Source: a virus (lineage: Duplodnaviria; Heunggongvirae; Uroviricota; Caudoviricetes). From it: a stretch of 64,000 bases of DNA. Made by a program: the position numbers and the translations under genes. The notes beneath the pieces are model-generated. The model worked only from the letters and a program-made list of their open reading frames with translations, did not search any database and had not been told where the DNA came from. Of this stretch, positions 54,221 through 64,000 are shown in pieces; position 1 is the stretch's first letter, and each line of letters starts with the position of its first letter. The stretch is from IMG/VR virus record IMGVR_UViG_3300032329_000471, positions 1 to 64,000 of that record; one strand, written 5' to 3'.

Positions 54221-55090
54221 ATGAGTTGTTTTATTGCTATAGATACTAAAAAGATTACTAATATAACTACCAGTACATTAAATACTGGTGGATTAAATAT
54301 TCTATCTACTGATCCTATTGTAGAAAAAGGAATAGTGTATTCTTATACTTCTATTCTTCCCACTATAGGTTTTAGTAATAAAGAGATATATTCAAAAAAA
54401 GGTGTTGGTAAGTTTGATGTTACACTTCAAGGATTATCTGAAGGATTCACTTATTATGTTCGCGCGTATGCTATAAGTAATACAGGAGATGTATCTTATG
54501 GAAGAACACTAGAAGCTAAGATGTTAATCACAGCTCAATCTAGTTGTTCTATGAATGTATCTCTTCCTGTTGGAAAAATATATACTATTCCTGATGGTTA
54601 TACATTAGTAGGATCTAGTAATAACGGTTCATTACAATCTACTTGTATTGATGTTACAAAAATAGAAAATTTAATAAAAGAATGTTATGGATTTTTCTTC
54701 TCTGTTACTGACCCTAATGATTCAGCTTATGGTAAAGATGTTGTATTAAAAGGCATTAATATTAATGGAGTAGATTATGACTTTAATGAACCTAATATTT
54801 GGCAAAATGGTAATACAGTAACAAGTACTGTTACAGATCAACTTATAAATAGGATGATTAACTCTAATCCTTATTTATCTACTGTAATGATGGATGGTCA
54901 TTATTTTGGATTTAATATAGGTGCTGATGGAAAAAACCAAGTCATATCATTTAAAGGATTACCTGTATTTAAAGATGCTTATGTTTATTATAGCATGTAC
55001 GGAACTCCTACTGGAACTAGATTAGCAACTTTTATTTACCCAATTGATCAATTATCAACTCAAACAGGTCAATCTTTAACTTGTATATAA
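54221..55090 (+). CDS. FN3/Ig-like domain protein, YYVRAY paralog 3 (289 aa)
   Basis: Motif GFTYYVRAYAISNTGD. Confidence 0.6.
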   Translation: MSCFIAIDTKKITNITTSTLNTGGLNILSTDPIVEKGIVYSYTSILPTIGFSNKEIYSKKGVGKFDVTLQGLSEGFTYYVRAYAISNTGDVSYGRTLEAKMLITAQSSCSMNVSLPVGKIYTIPDGYTLVGSSNNGSLQSTCIDVTKIENLIKECYGFFFSVTDPNDSAYGKDVVLKGININGVDYDFNEPNIWQNGNTVTSTVTDQLINRMINSNPYLSTVMMDGHYFGFNIGADGKNQVISFKGLPVFKDAYVYYSMYGTPTGTRLATFIYPIDQLSTQTGQSLTCI

Positions 55091-55174
55091 TCTTATTAAA
55101 TTTAAATACTGTTTTGAACCATAACTCATCATCAAATAATAAAAATATTTTATAAAATAAAAAAATAATTAATT

Positions 55175-56830
55175 ATGTCTTCTTGTCCTGGATGTCACGA
55201 TACACCACTACCTTTATATAATGAGCATCATTGTGTAAGTAGTCAACCGGTTATATTACCGGTATGTTCAAATGGTGAAAAATGTGAAGAAACTCTTGAT
55301 GCTGGGTGTGTTATTTATAGTGGTGATCCAATATCTCGTTTTGGTATAGCTACAGATGATAGAATGGATGCTATATTACACAAACTAGATACTAATTCTA
55401 CTTCAAATAATATTATAGTAGCTAATACACCTACAGTTTTTTTAACTGGGTTGGTTAACGGTGAAACTACTTTTACTAAAACAGTAGCATCAACAACAAA
55501 CTCAACCACTTTAGTATTAAATAATGGAACTGATATAACTCCCGGACAACTAGTTACTGGAACTAATATTGATAGTGATACTAAAGTAGTGTCAATAACT
55601 GTTAATACATTAGTGATATCAAAACCTGTTTTAGGAGTTGTTACTAACGGAACTCTTACGTTTACAAGATCGGCTGGTGTTGGATTAGTTTCTAATCCTC
55701 TTATAGCTAATGTTAAAAAATCTACTTCAACAACTAATGGAGATAATCAACTTCAATTATTATCTGATGGATTGTATATATCACCTAAAATAAAAACTAC
55801 TAGTGATGATACAACACCGGCTTATTTAAATAATAAATTAGTAGCTGGAACAGGAGTAACTATAACATCATCTACTGATACAACTTATGGTAAAATACTT
55901 ACTATAGCTTCAACAGGTGGATCAAATATAGCCGTAGCTGATACAGCTACAATAGATTTAACATTAACACCTGGAGTTGGTAACGCACCTTCTACACTAA
56001 CTGCTGATTTAAAATTAACAGGTACTACATTACCAACACCAGTTATAACTATAAATAGTAGTTTTTATAAAAATGATGGTATTACTGCATATACAACAGC
56101 TTCTTTTTCAGGTAACTCTGTAACTGTAGATGTAGGAGCTAAAATAAACATAAGTAATAGTATTTATAAATACACTAAATCTGGTAGTCAATCTAGTCCT
56201 ACAAGTTTATCTGGTTCAGACGGATGGGGAACTACAGATCCTGGTAATGGTATAAATAGTAATCCTTTAGGAAGTTCTAGTTCAGCTTTAACTAGTCCTG
56301 AAAATATTCCTACAACTATAACAAAAAGTATTACATTATCAGCTCCTTCAAGTGGTTTAATAGTAGTAGGTAATCAAATTCAAGTTGGTGGATCAGGAAC
56401 GCCTGTAACTACAACAGCTAGTATAAATATGAAATTTTCTTATAGATATTTTTATGGTAAAAGCACTAATCCAGGACTAACTACTTTAAATGATTTTAGA
56501 ACAGCTTTATTTAATAATGATTTTACATTAAATGCTCCAGTTACTGGTAGTGTAGTAGGAGGAGTTACTAGATCAGTTTTAGTAACTAGAGAAACTACTG
56601 TAGCTGGTGAATATTATTACTTTTGTATTCCAACAAATCAACCATTAACATCTATAATTAAAGATGGTGCTACTGGTATATTACCTTCTTTTTTACCAAT
56701 TGTTAAAAATGCTTCATTTGTAAATGATGCAGGATTAACATTATCATATAATATATATAGAACTGGAGCTAATCCTTTTGGTCTTGGTGAGCCAGCTTCT
56801 TTACAATTTAACTTTACAAGCCAAATTTAA
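55175..56830 (+). CDS. Thr/Ser/Gly-rich putative tail fiber or adhesin protein (551 aa)
   Basis: Low-complexity beta-rich composition; Cys-rich N-terminus. Confidence 0.6.
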   Translation: MSSCPGCHDTPLPLYNEHHCVSSQPVILPVCSNGEKCEETLDAGCVIYSGDPISRFGIATDDRMDAILHKLDTNSTSNNIIVANTPTVFLTGLVNGETTFTKTVASTTNSTTLVLNNGTDITPGQLVTGTNIDSDTKVVSITVNTLVISKPVLGVVTNGTLTFTRSAGVGLVSNPLIANVKKSTSTTNGDNQLQLLSDGLYISPKIKTTSDDTTPAYLNNKLVAGTGVTITSSTDTTYGKILTIASTGGSNIAVADTATIDLTLTPGVGNAPSTLTADLKLTGTTLPTPVITINSSFYKNDGITAYTTASFSGNSVTVDVGAKINISNSIYKYTKSGSQSSPTSLSGSDGWGTTDPGNGINSNPLGSSSSALTSPENIPTTITKSITLSAPSSGLIVVGNQIQVGGSGTPVTTTASINMKFSYRYFYGKSTNPGLTTLNDFRTALFNNDFTLNAPVTGSVVGGVTRSVLVTRETTVAGEYYYFCIPTNQPLTSIIKDGATGILPSFLPIVKNASFVNDAGLTLSYNIYRTGANPFGLGEPASLQFNFTSQI

Positions 56831-56835
56831 TAAAA

Positions 56836-58317
56836 ATGAGTCAATTATCATATCCTTCAGAATTAATACATGGTGATCCATTATCAGCATTAGTTGATTC
56901 TAATATAGTTAGAGGTGGATTAAGAACGGTAGGTTCAACAGGTGCGTTACTTACTATTCCAACAGATCAAGTAAAACGATATGTTACTAGAGTATATGTA
57001 ACTGATCCTACTAATAAATGGTACACGTTAACAGGTAGTAATAGTACACAATCAGGATCATGGACTGCTGATGATCCGTCATATTCTTTACCTAGTGCTA
57101 CTACTGATCAGAAAGGTGGTGTAACTATTTCATCTACTGGTGGTTTATCTGTAACTAGTAGTGTTTTATCAATTAATGCAAATAATGGTTTAAATATTAG
57201 TAGTAATGCTGTTCGTCTAGGAGGTACATTAACTCAAAATACTGAACTTACTTGTACTACTTATGATCTTAATATAAGAACTTCAGCTACTGTATCTATA
57301 GGAAATACTGACTTTGATGGTTCAACTCATCTTTCTAATTTATATATAAAAGCAAGTAGTGGTAAACCTTATGCATTACGTTCATCAAAAGAACTTAGTG
57401 TAACAAGTGGTGATTCTAATAATATGTTAAGTAGTTATGCTGAATTAACTATAAGTAATAGCTCACCTAATTCTTCATTTGCTGATACTATTACATATTC
57501 AAGTAGTTTTAATATACTAAATCTAAGTTCTGCATCATCAACTACACAAGTTCTTAATTCAGCAAATGTTACTTGTAGTACTAATTTAATAAGAATTGAT
57601 AAACCTTCTTCAATATATAATGTAAACTCTAGTAGTATAAGAGGTACAACTAATGGTCTTCTTTTAAAAGGAACTTCAGGAGGAACGAAACCTTGGGCAG
57701 CTAATACACCTTATTTAGCTGATGACACTACTTCAAGATATGCTGATTATGTAATGGTAGTTGATTCAACTTCAAGAATATATAAATGTAAGACAAATGG
57801 TACATCATCAACTACCGCTCCTACACATACTTCGGGAGATGTAACAGACGGTAGCGGACCCTTAGTTTGGACATATGTAGGACTTGCCGGTCCTGATTAT
57901 AACTACCAGCTAGGTAATATATCTCTTATAAATACAGGAGTAATAGGTAGTACTGAGTCAAATGGTTTACCTGTATTTAATGGAGTTATAAATAACTTGC
58001 ATGGTTTGTATGTACAAAATATACCAAAAGGAATAAATAGTCTTAGTGGTACCAGTTCTACAGGAATTGCTAACACCACATATGGAATATATATAGATGG
58101 TGATGATGTTGCTTATTCTAAAATTGGTACTAGATATGGTATATACCAAAATGGTGAAAGAGATGTAAATGTATTTAGAGGACCAACTAGAATTGATGGT
58201 GTATTTACTTTAGGTGGTGCTAATAATCCTGTTACTACTGGTACTGCTACACCAAGCAAAAAGATACGAATAAAAGTAAATGATACTTATTATTATTTAT
58301 TAGCTGTTGAAAGTTAA
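56836..58317 (+). CDS. Ser/Thr/Asn-rich putative tail fiber protein (493 aa)
   Basis: ORF in the track; followed by a terminator. Confidence 0.6.
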   Translation: MSQLSYPSELIHGDPLSALVDSNIVRGGLRTVGSTGALLTIPTDQVKRYVTRVYVTDPTNKWYTLTGSNSTQSGSWTADDPSYSLPSATTDQKGGVTISSTGGLSVTSSVLSINANNGLNISSNAVRLGGTLTQNTELTCTTYDLNIRTSATVSIGNTDFDGSTHLSNLYIKASSGKPYALRSSKELSVTSGDSNNMLSSYAELTISNSSPNSSFADTITYSSSFNILNLSSASSTTQVLNSANVTCSTNLIRIDKPSSIYNVNSSSIRGTTNGLLLKGTSGGTKPWAANTPYLADDTTSRYADYVMVVDSTSRIYKCKTNGTSSTTAPTHTSGDVTDGSGPLVWTYVGLAGPDYNYQLGNISLINTGVIGSTESNGLPVFNGVINNLHGLYVQNIPKGINSLSGTSSTGIANTTYGIYIDGDDVAYSKIGTRYGIYQNGERDVNVFRGPTRIDGVFTLGGANNPVTTGTATPSKKIRIKVNDTYYYLLAVES

Positions 58318-58372
58318 AAATAATTAACAACTTATAAGTCAGCGGTTTGTTGGTTTATTCCTCTGAACATTC

Positions 58373-58405
58373 GTCCTGATATATCTATATCGGGACTTAT
58401 TTTTT
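58373..58405 (+). terminator. rho-independent terminator
   Basis: GTCCTGATATA / TATATCGGGAC hairpin with one G-T pair, followed by a T-rich run. Confidence 0.5.
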
Positions 58406-58459
58406 AATATATACAATAAAAACCTCTAACTTTACACACCGTAATATAAACATTAATAT

Positions 58460-59770
58460 ATGAATTTAATCAATCAAGTTTACGGGTCCATAAAATGGAA
58501 AAAAACAGATCTTTTTTGTGCGGCTAAATTAGGTATTTCTATAGAAGAATATAGAAAGATTCGTGAACAAATAGAACAAACAAAATCTCTATTACAAGAT
58601 GAAGTAGATAATAATCTTATTGAGATGTGTGGTAAACGAATGCTTGGCTTAATAACTGATGATTCTGTAAAAACTCAGATTGAAGAACACCTCGGTGATC
58701 TCACCAATGTGTTAACAAGTAAAAGAATAGAGTTTGAAGAAAACTTAGAACAAGGAACCGGAAAGATTAAAATATTAGCTAGTAATGAACCAAAAGATCC
58801 AGATGAAGTAGAAGAACTTCTAAAGATAAAAAACTCTAAGAAATGGAAACTTTCCAACTACTATAATAAACAACAACCTAATGGATTATGGCTTATTACA
58901 GGATTTGTAACACAACGCCAACTAAACGCCAAAGATCTTCTAGAAGAAACGCTTAAAAACTTTGATCCTTTCTCAGCTTCCATAGATAAAATAGAAACCC
59001 CTTCCCCTTTCACTAATCCTGTTCAAGGAATTATATCTGCTCAAGATTTACACTTTGGTAAAGAAGGTAATGAATCTATTGTTGATTCATTTAAAGAAGC
59101 TCTTAAAGAGCTTATGTATAAAAGCTATAGTTGTCATAATTTAGATAAACTAACTTTTGTATTAGGCGGTGATTTATTAAACATGGATACATTTATGGGA
59201 ACCACAACAAGTGGTACACCAGTGTCAAATAACTCAAGCGCTCAGAAAGCTTACGATACAGCTTTTGATACAATGTATTGGGCTATACAGTTTATGAGTG
59301 GGTTTACAAAAAATCTAGAAATAATATATCTTCCTGGTAATCATGATAGATTAAGTTCATATCATATGGCTCACGCTTTATCTAAGTGTTTTAAAAATGA
59401 TCTTACAATAACATTTGATGTAGAGTATGCTGAAAGAAAAGTAAAGACTTATGGTATAAACTTCTTTGGATACGAACATGGTGATGTAAAGAGTAAGAAC
59501 CCCGCGTTATTATATGCTACAGAGTTTTATCAAGAATGGGGAACTACAACTAATCGTGTTTGTTTTACTGGACATTGGCATACTAAAAAAGTAACAGAAT
59601 ATGTCACTGAGAATGAACAACACGGCTTTACTGTAAAGAGTTTACCAAGCCTTTGTAGTACAGACTACTGGCACTACCATAACAAGTTTACTGGATCTAA
59701 ACGTCAGATGATTATAGAACTATATGACAAAGTAAAAGGTAAAGTTTCTGAATTTGTAGTTAATAGTTAA
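58460..59770 (+). CDS. calcineurin-like metallophosphoesterase domain protein (436 aa)
   Basis: Motifs GGDLLNMD, YLPGNHDRL, FGYEHGD and GHWHT. Confidence 0.65.
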   Translation: MNLINQVYGSIKWKKTDLFCAAKLGISIEEYRKIREQIEQTKSLLQDEVDNNLIEMCGKRMLGLITDDSVKTQIEEHLGDLTNVLTSKRIEFEENLEQGTGKIKILASNEPKDPDEVEELLKIKNSKKWKLSNYYNKQQPNGLWLITGFVTQRQLNAKDLLEETLKNFDPFSASIDKIETPSPFTNPVQGIISAQDLHFGKEGNESIVDSFKEALKELMYKSYSCHNLDKLTFVLGGDLLNMDTFMGTTTSGTPVSNNSSAQKAYDTAFDTMYWAIQFMSGFTKNLEIIYLPGNHDRLSSYHMAHALSKCFKNDLTITFDVEYAERKVKTYGINFFGYEHGDVKSKNPALLYATEFYQEWGTTTNRVCFTGHWHTKKVTEYVTENEQHGFTVKSLPSLCSTDYWHYHNKFTGSKRQMIIELYDKVKGKVSEFVVNS

Positions 59771-59827
59771 ACATTCTAAGTTTAATTTTAAAATGATACA
59801 AGTTTTTCGTAAATTATAGTATAAGTT

Positions 59828-60415
59828 TTGAAGAAAGTATTTAACAGTCCCGATTTAAACGCGCCAAGATATAGACCCACAGAAGTTAATTTATGTAATG
59901 CTAAACATTACAAAATGTTCTTGGAGCAAAATCCTAAACACGCTAACATTACTCTTGATGAGTTTAAAAAAATCATATCAACGTTTAATGGAAACATTTG
60001 GAAAAATGTTATAGAAAGTAGAGATGGTATTGAGCTTCCAGAACAAGTGGGTTTTATATTTATAGGAACATGTCCAAGAAGAACAAAGATAAATGTAAAC
60101 TTTACTAAATCTATTGAGCTAGGACAAATAGTTCAGTATCAAAACTGGGAAAGTGACAACTATACAGCTAAGATTTTTTATACAAACTTTGAAACTAAAT
60201 ATAGATTTAAAAACAATGATCTATGGGGTTTTGAAGCTGTAAGAAATTTTAAAAGAACCGTTGCTAAAACATATCCTGAAAAATGGAAACAATATATGTT
60301 AGTGGATGATTTAATCAGAGTGAGTAAACTTTTTAGAAGAAGTATAGGAAAAGAACTCAGACAAAAAGAAACATTAGATATATTAAAAGATTACGATGAA
60401 TTTAATTTAACATAA
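59828..60415 (+). CDS. hypothetical protein (195 aa)
   Basis: ORF in the track. Confidence 0.6.
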   Translation: MKKVFNSPDLNAPRYRPTEVNLCNAKHYKMFLEQNPKHANITLDEFKKIISTFNGNIWKNVIESRDGIELPEQVGFIFIGTCPRRTKINVNFTKSIELGQIVQYQNWESDNYTAKIFYTNFETKYRFKNNDLWGFEAVRNFKRTVAKTYPEKWKQYMLVDDLIRVSKLFRRSIGKELRQKETLDILKDYDEFNLT

Positions 60416-60418
60416 GAT

Positions 60419-61093
60419 ATGCCAAAAAGTCTAATAGGTGATGTAGTATCGAGAATACGTTCTCAAGTAAAAGCTGTTAAAACAGACAGTCTTCTTACAG
60501 ACCGTGTTATATACACTTTTGTTTTAAAACACGCTAAGTTCCTTTTAAGACGAGAAGATTCTAAGAATAAGATAATGTCTATGACATCTGTTATTCAAAC
60601 TCTTCCTATTGTAGATCTTATAGAGGTAGATAAAATTGAAGCTCAATGTTCTGGTGTAAGTTCTGATTGTAAAATAAAAAGAACAAAAGATAGGCTTCCT
60701 ACATTTCTAGAAGGATACTACGGACCTCTTATTAGAACGGTTGCTTCTGTAGATGGGTCAGAAGAGTTACAACCAACTCTTCCAAGTTCTTATTTAGCAA
60801 TGGCTAATAGTAAAAACTTTAGATTTAATAAAACTAAATATTTTTGGTTCTTAAATGACTATTTATATTTTCCTAACTTAGAATGGGACGCTGTAAGAAT
60901 AGAAGGAATATTTGAAGAAGATATAAGTGCTTTTACCTGTGAGCCTGATGGTTGTATAGATAAAACAGCTCAACCTTTTAATGTACCAGATTATCTTTAT
61001 AGTGAACTTGAAGCTAATGTTGTAAAAGACTTATTAGGTCTTTATAGTGTACCAACTGATTCTACAATAGATAAACAAAATCCTTCTCGATAA
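60419..61093 (+). CDS. hypothetical protein (224 aa)
   Basis: ORF in the track. Confidence 0.6.
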   Translation: MPKSLIGDVVSRIRSQVKAVKTDSLLTDRVIYTFVLKHAKFLLRREDSKNKIMSMTSVIQTLPIVDLIEVDKIEAQCSGVSSDCKIKRTKDRLPTFLEGYYGPLIRTVASVDGSEELQPTLPSSYLAMANSKNFRFNKTKYFWFLNDYLYFPNLEWDAVRIEGIFEEDISAFTCEPDGCIDKTAQPFNVPDYLYSELEANVVKDLLGLYSVPTDSTIDKQNPSR

Positions 61094-62028
61094 TGAATAC
61101 CGAATTAAGATACAAAACTTTTGATGAGCTACTTAATGAAGTAGCTTCAGATTTTAGAGCTTATAACAATGAGGGTATGATTGAACCTGGGCAACTTATT
61201 AAAGTTGCTCAACGTGTTTCATATGATCTTGGTTTAAAAATTCATGGTACTAAAGAAAAGCTTATAGAAATAGAATATAGTAAAACAAAACTACCAGATG
61301 ACTTTTACACTTTAAACTACGCAATGTTATGTAGAAGTTACAGAGTAGAAACTCCTGTTTTACAAGGAAGACAAACTGAGAATGTTGTTTTAAATAAAAA
61401 GAATGTTTATTTAAACGGTGAGCTTTGTAATAAATGTGGATATGAACAACAAGAATGTGGTTGTGAATCTACATATAGTGTACAATGTGAAACTGGTGAA
61501 AAGATATTTGTACAAGTTGTAGAAAAACGTAAAACAGAAACACGAGTATACGAAGAATTTGAAAGAGTGTATATATCAGCTGATACTGGTAAACTAGATG
61601 CTTTAGATAGAGTTGGTAGTTATGATGAGCACCAACCACAACAAAAGACAGCTTATATAAAGAATGGATTTATATATACTAATTTCCCTCAAGGAAAACT
61701 GTTTATATCCTATCAGGGGGCCCTGGAAGATGACAATGGAAATCTTCTTGTATTAGATCATCCTATGATTAATGAGTATTATGAATATGCATTAAAACAA
61801 CGTATACTAGAAAATTTATATATAGAAGGAGAAGATGTTGTACAGAGATTACAACTTATAGAAACCAAACTAAAACAAGCGCGTAACTATGCGTTATCTA
61901 TAGTAAACACTCCTAACTTCTCTGAGATGTATCAATTATGGCAGATGAATCGTAAAGCTCAGTATAGTAAATATTACGATATGTTTAAATCAGGAGAAGT
62001 ACAAACATTGGTGTTACCTAAAAAATAA
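61093..62028 (+). CDS. hypothetical protein (311 aa)
   Basis: ORF; ATGA overlap with the upstream gene. Confidence 0.6.
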   Translation: MNTELRYKTFDELLNEVASDFRAYNNEGMIEPGQLIKVAQRVSYDLGLKIHGTKEKLIEIEYSKTKLPDDFYTLNYAMLCRSYRVETPVLQGRQTENVVLNKKNVYLNGELCNKCGYEQQECGCESTYSVQCETGEKIFVQVVEKRKTETRVYEEFERVYISADTGKLDALDRVGSYDEHQPQQKTAYIKNGFIYTNFPQGKLFISYQGALEDDNGNLLVLDHPMINEYYEYALKQRILENLYIEGEDVVQRLQLIETKLKQARNYALSIVNTPNFSEMYQLWQMNRKAQYSKYYDMFKSGEVQTLVLPKK

Positions 62029-62035
62029 TAAAATA

Positions 62036-64000
62036 TGCCAGATCAACAACAACCTATGGCTCCGGGTGGCGTTAACACATTCTCTAAAGGAATGGTTAAA
62101 GATCATAATGAAACTTTTTTAGGAGAAGGTATATATACGCACGCGCGTAACGCGGTGAATAATTCACACGATGGTCAGATTGGTGTAATAGGTAATGAAC
62201 CTTCTAATTTTAAATGTGTCCAACTACCATACACTCTTATTGGTAGTGTATATGTTTCTGAAAGTAAATGGGTAGTGTTTACTACTGATGATATTAATTC
62301 AGAAATAGGAATATTTGATGAGAATCTTTGTGGTAGTGAATTAGCTTATCAAAAGTTAGTTAACTCATCATGTTTAAACTTTAAACGTACAAATCCTATA
62401 ACCGCAATATATCGTAAAAGATATGATTGTGAAAGAATAATATACTGGGATGATGGATTAAATCCAACACGTTCTGTTGATATAGATAGATTAGATTATA
62501 CATCATCTCTTCCAAATCTTCCTTTTGAATATACAGAAACTAATGTTAATGGTTGTATACTTAAAAAATATACTTCAACATTAGATTGTGAGAAAATAAG
62601 AATTGTTCCTCGTATACAACACCCATGTTTAATTCTTACTAAGGGTGTATCCGCGGGAAGTTTACCTAACGGATCATATCAAGTGTGTATAGCTTATACA
62701 GTAAATCAGGTAAGAGTTACAGATCTTATAGGTCTTTCTGAAGTACAAAGTGTTTTTACACATGAGAATACATCATCTAGTCTTAAACTCACTATTAGTA
62801 ATATGGATTCATCTTTTGATGAGTTTGAAGTTGTATTAATAGCTGCGTTTAATCAACAAACAGTTGCTAAAAGTATCGGCTTTTATTCTACTAGTCAAGG
62901 AACTATTCTTATAGATAGACTTGATAATGAGTTTGTTAATGTTCCATTAAGTGAGGTGGTGTTAAGAACAGAGCCTGTAGAAAAATCTGATGCGATATAT
63001 ACACTTAATAACTATGTACTTAGATTAGGCGTATATAGTAAATATAAGTTTAACTATCAGTTACAAGCTAATGATATAAAAGCTAATTGGGTTGTTGTTA
63101 AATATCCTTTTGATTATTATTCTAAAGGCGGTAATAACACCGGATATATGAGAGATGAGCAGTATTCATTCTTTATAAGATGGGTTTATAATACTGGTGA
63201 GTTTAGTGAAAGTTATCACATACCGGGTAGAAAAGGATCAATTGATGAATTAAGTGATTCTAGTAGTTTAGATGCATTTGAATCATTAGAAGGTGTTATT
63301 ATTAAAAAGTGGCAGATTGAAAACACAGCTGTTATAACATCTTCTACTCAATCAACACTTTCTGATGGTGGTGTTGTGATAGCTAAAGGATTAATGGGAT
63401 ATTGGGAATCTACAGAAAAATATCCTGGAGATAGACCTGATATATGGGGACCGCTTTGTGGTCAAGCTATAAGACATCATAAGATGCCAGATGTATCTAT
63501 AAGTGATATGTTAAATCATTTTAGTGATGATGGAGGATCTATAAATATATTAGGTGTACAGTTTGATAATATAGCACATCCTTTAGATCAGAATGGTGAT
63601 ATTATTAGTTCTATAGTTGGGTATGAAATATTAAGAGGATCAAGAGAAGGAAATAAAACAATAGTAGCAAAAGGTCTTTTAAATAATATGAGAGAATATC
63701 CTATTCCAGGAAATATCTCTAATAAAGGATTAATGCAAAACTATCCATATAATGATTTGAGAGCTGATAGTTATTTAACTACTGAAGAACAAGATGGATA
63801 TAATGGATCCGCTACACCTTCTAGTAGTAAGATGAGTGGATATAGACAAGATATATTTAGTTTTCATAGTCCTGAAGTCTCTTTTAGTAATCCTTATTTA
63901 AGTCTTAGTGAAGTTAAGGTGTATCAACAATTGAATGGTATATCTACAGGATCTTTTACCACTCCTTATAAACATCCTAAATTTAAAGTATTAACTGACG
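62036..64000 (+). CDS. large hypothetical virion protein, 5' part (at least 654 aa, continues beyond window end)
   Basis: ATG at 62036 (MPDQQQPMAPGG...); manually checked frame is open to position 64000; absent from the track because there is no stop in the window. Confidence 0.6.

Noticed and set aside
39626-58857. Other minus-strand or alternate-frame ORFs inside late genes (39626..39919, 42555..42740, 48129..48896 group, 52445..52642, 55315..55509, 57967..58149, 58675..58857)
   Set aside because: Overlap larger same-region genes on the opposite strand or in another frame. No independent support.
1-64000. CRISPR array, integrase or excisionase, or a reverse transcriptase or DGR
   Set aside because: No regularly spaced short direct repeats of CRISPR type. 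No tyrosine or serine recombinase motifs. No RT YxDD motif in any ORF read.

Overview
The window is AT-rich (about 30% GC) and reads as part of a tailed dsDNA bacteriophage genome. From 1 to about 23.4 kb nearly all genes run leftward on the minus strand. They are mostly small hypothetical early or accessory genes. Those I can recognise are a calcineurin-like phosphatase, an HNH endonuclease, an SPFH/band-7 lipoprotein next to two small membrane proteins and an AAA+ ATPase, an HTH regulator, a P-loop NTPase and a Rieske-type [2Fe-2S] protein. Scattered among them are several non-coding islands that carry tRNA-like elements. At 23.4-23.6 kb transcription switches direction. A plus-strand cluster of six canonical tRNAs follows (Leu-TAG, Leu-TAA, Ser-TGA, Ser-GCT, Tyr-GTA, Trp-CCA). 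A bidirectional terminator and an opposite-strand phoH gene come next. From 26 kb to the end a rightward morphogenesis module runs on the plus strand. It begins with small proteins, a PD-(D/E)XK-like nuclease and a 1089-aa putative large terminase that is interrupted by a LAGLIDADG intein. A free-standing GIY-YIG homing endonuclease, a putative portal, scaffold and major capsid protein, and a run of small lysine-rich proteins follow. The module ends with repeat-rich Ser/Thr/Gly tail-fiber-like proteins, three FN3-like paralogs, a second metallophosphoesterase and a large ORF cut off by the window end. Intergenic regions often carry the Bacteroidetes-type TAnnTTTG -7 promoter motif, so the host is probably Bacteroidota. 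I consider four things most unusual. First, the minus strand carries several tRNA-like loci with good acceptor and T arms but non-canonical interiors, including insertions in the anticodon loop and acceptor/T-arm minihelices. Second, a perfect 21-bp inverted repeat sits beside iteron-like repeats and may be an origin. Third, there is a phage-encoded SPFH/AAA+ membrane module. Fourth, a GC-rich GTCGCGGTA motif recurs upstream of three consecutive genes. All functional calls rest on motifs I read by eye. No database search was possible.
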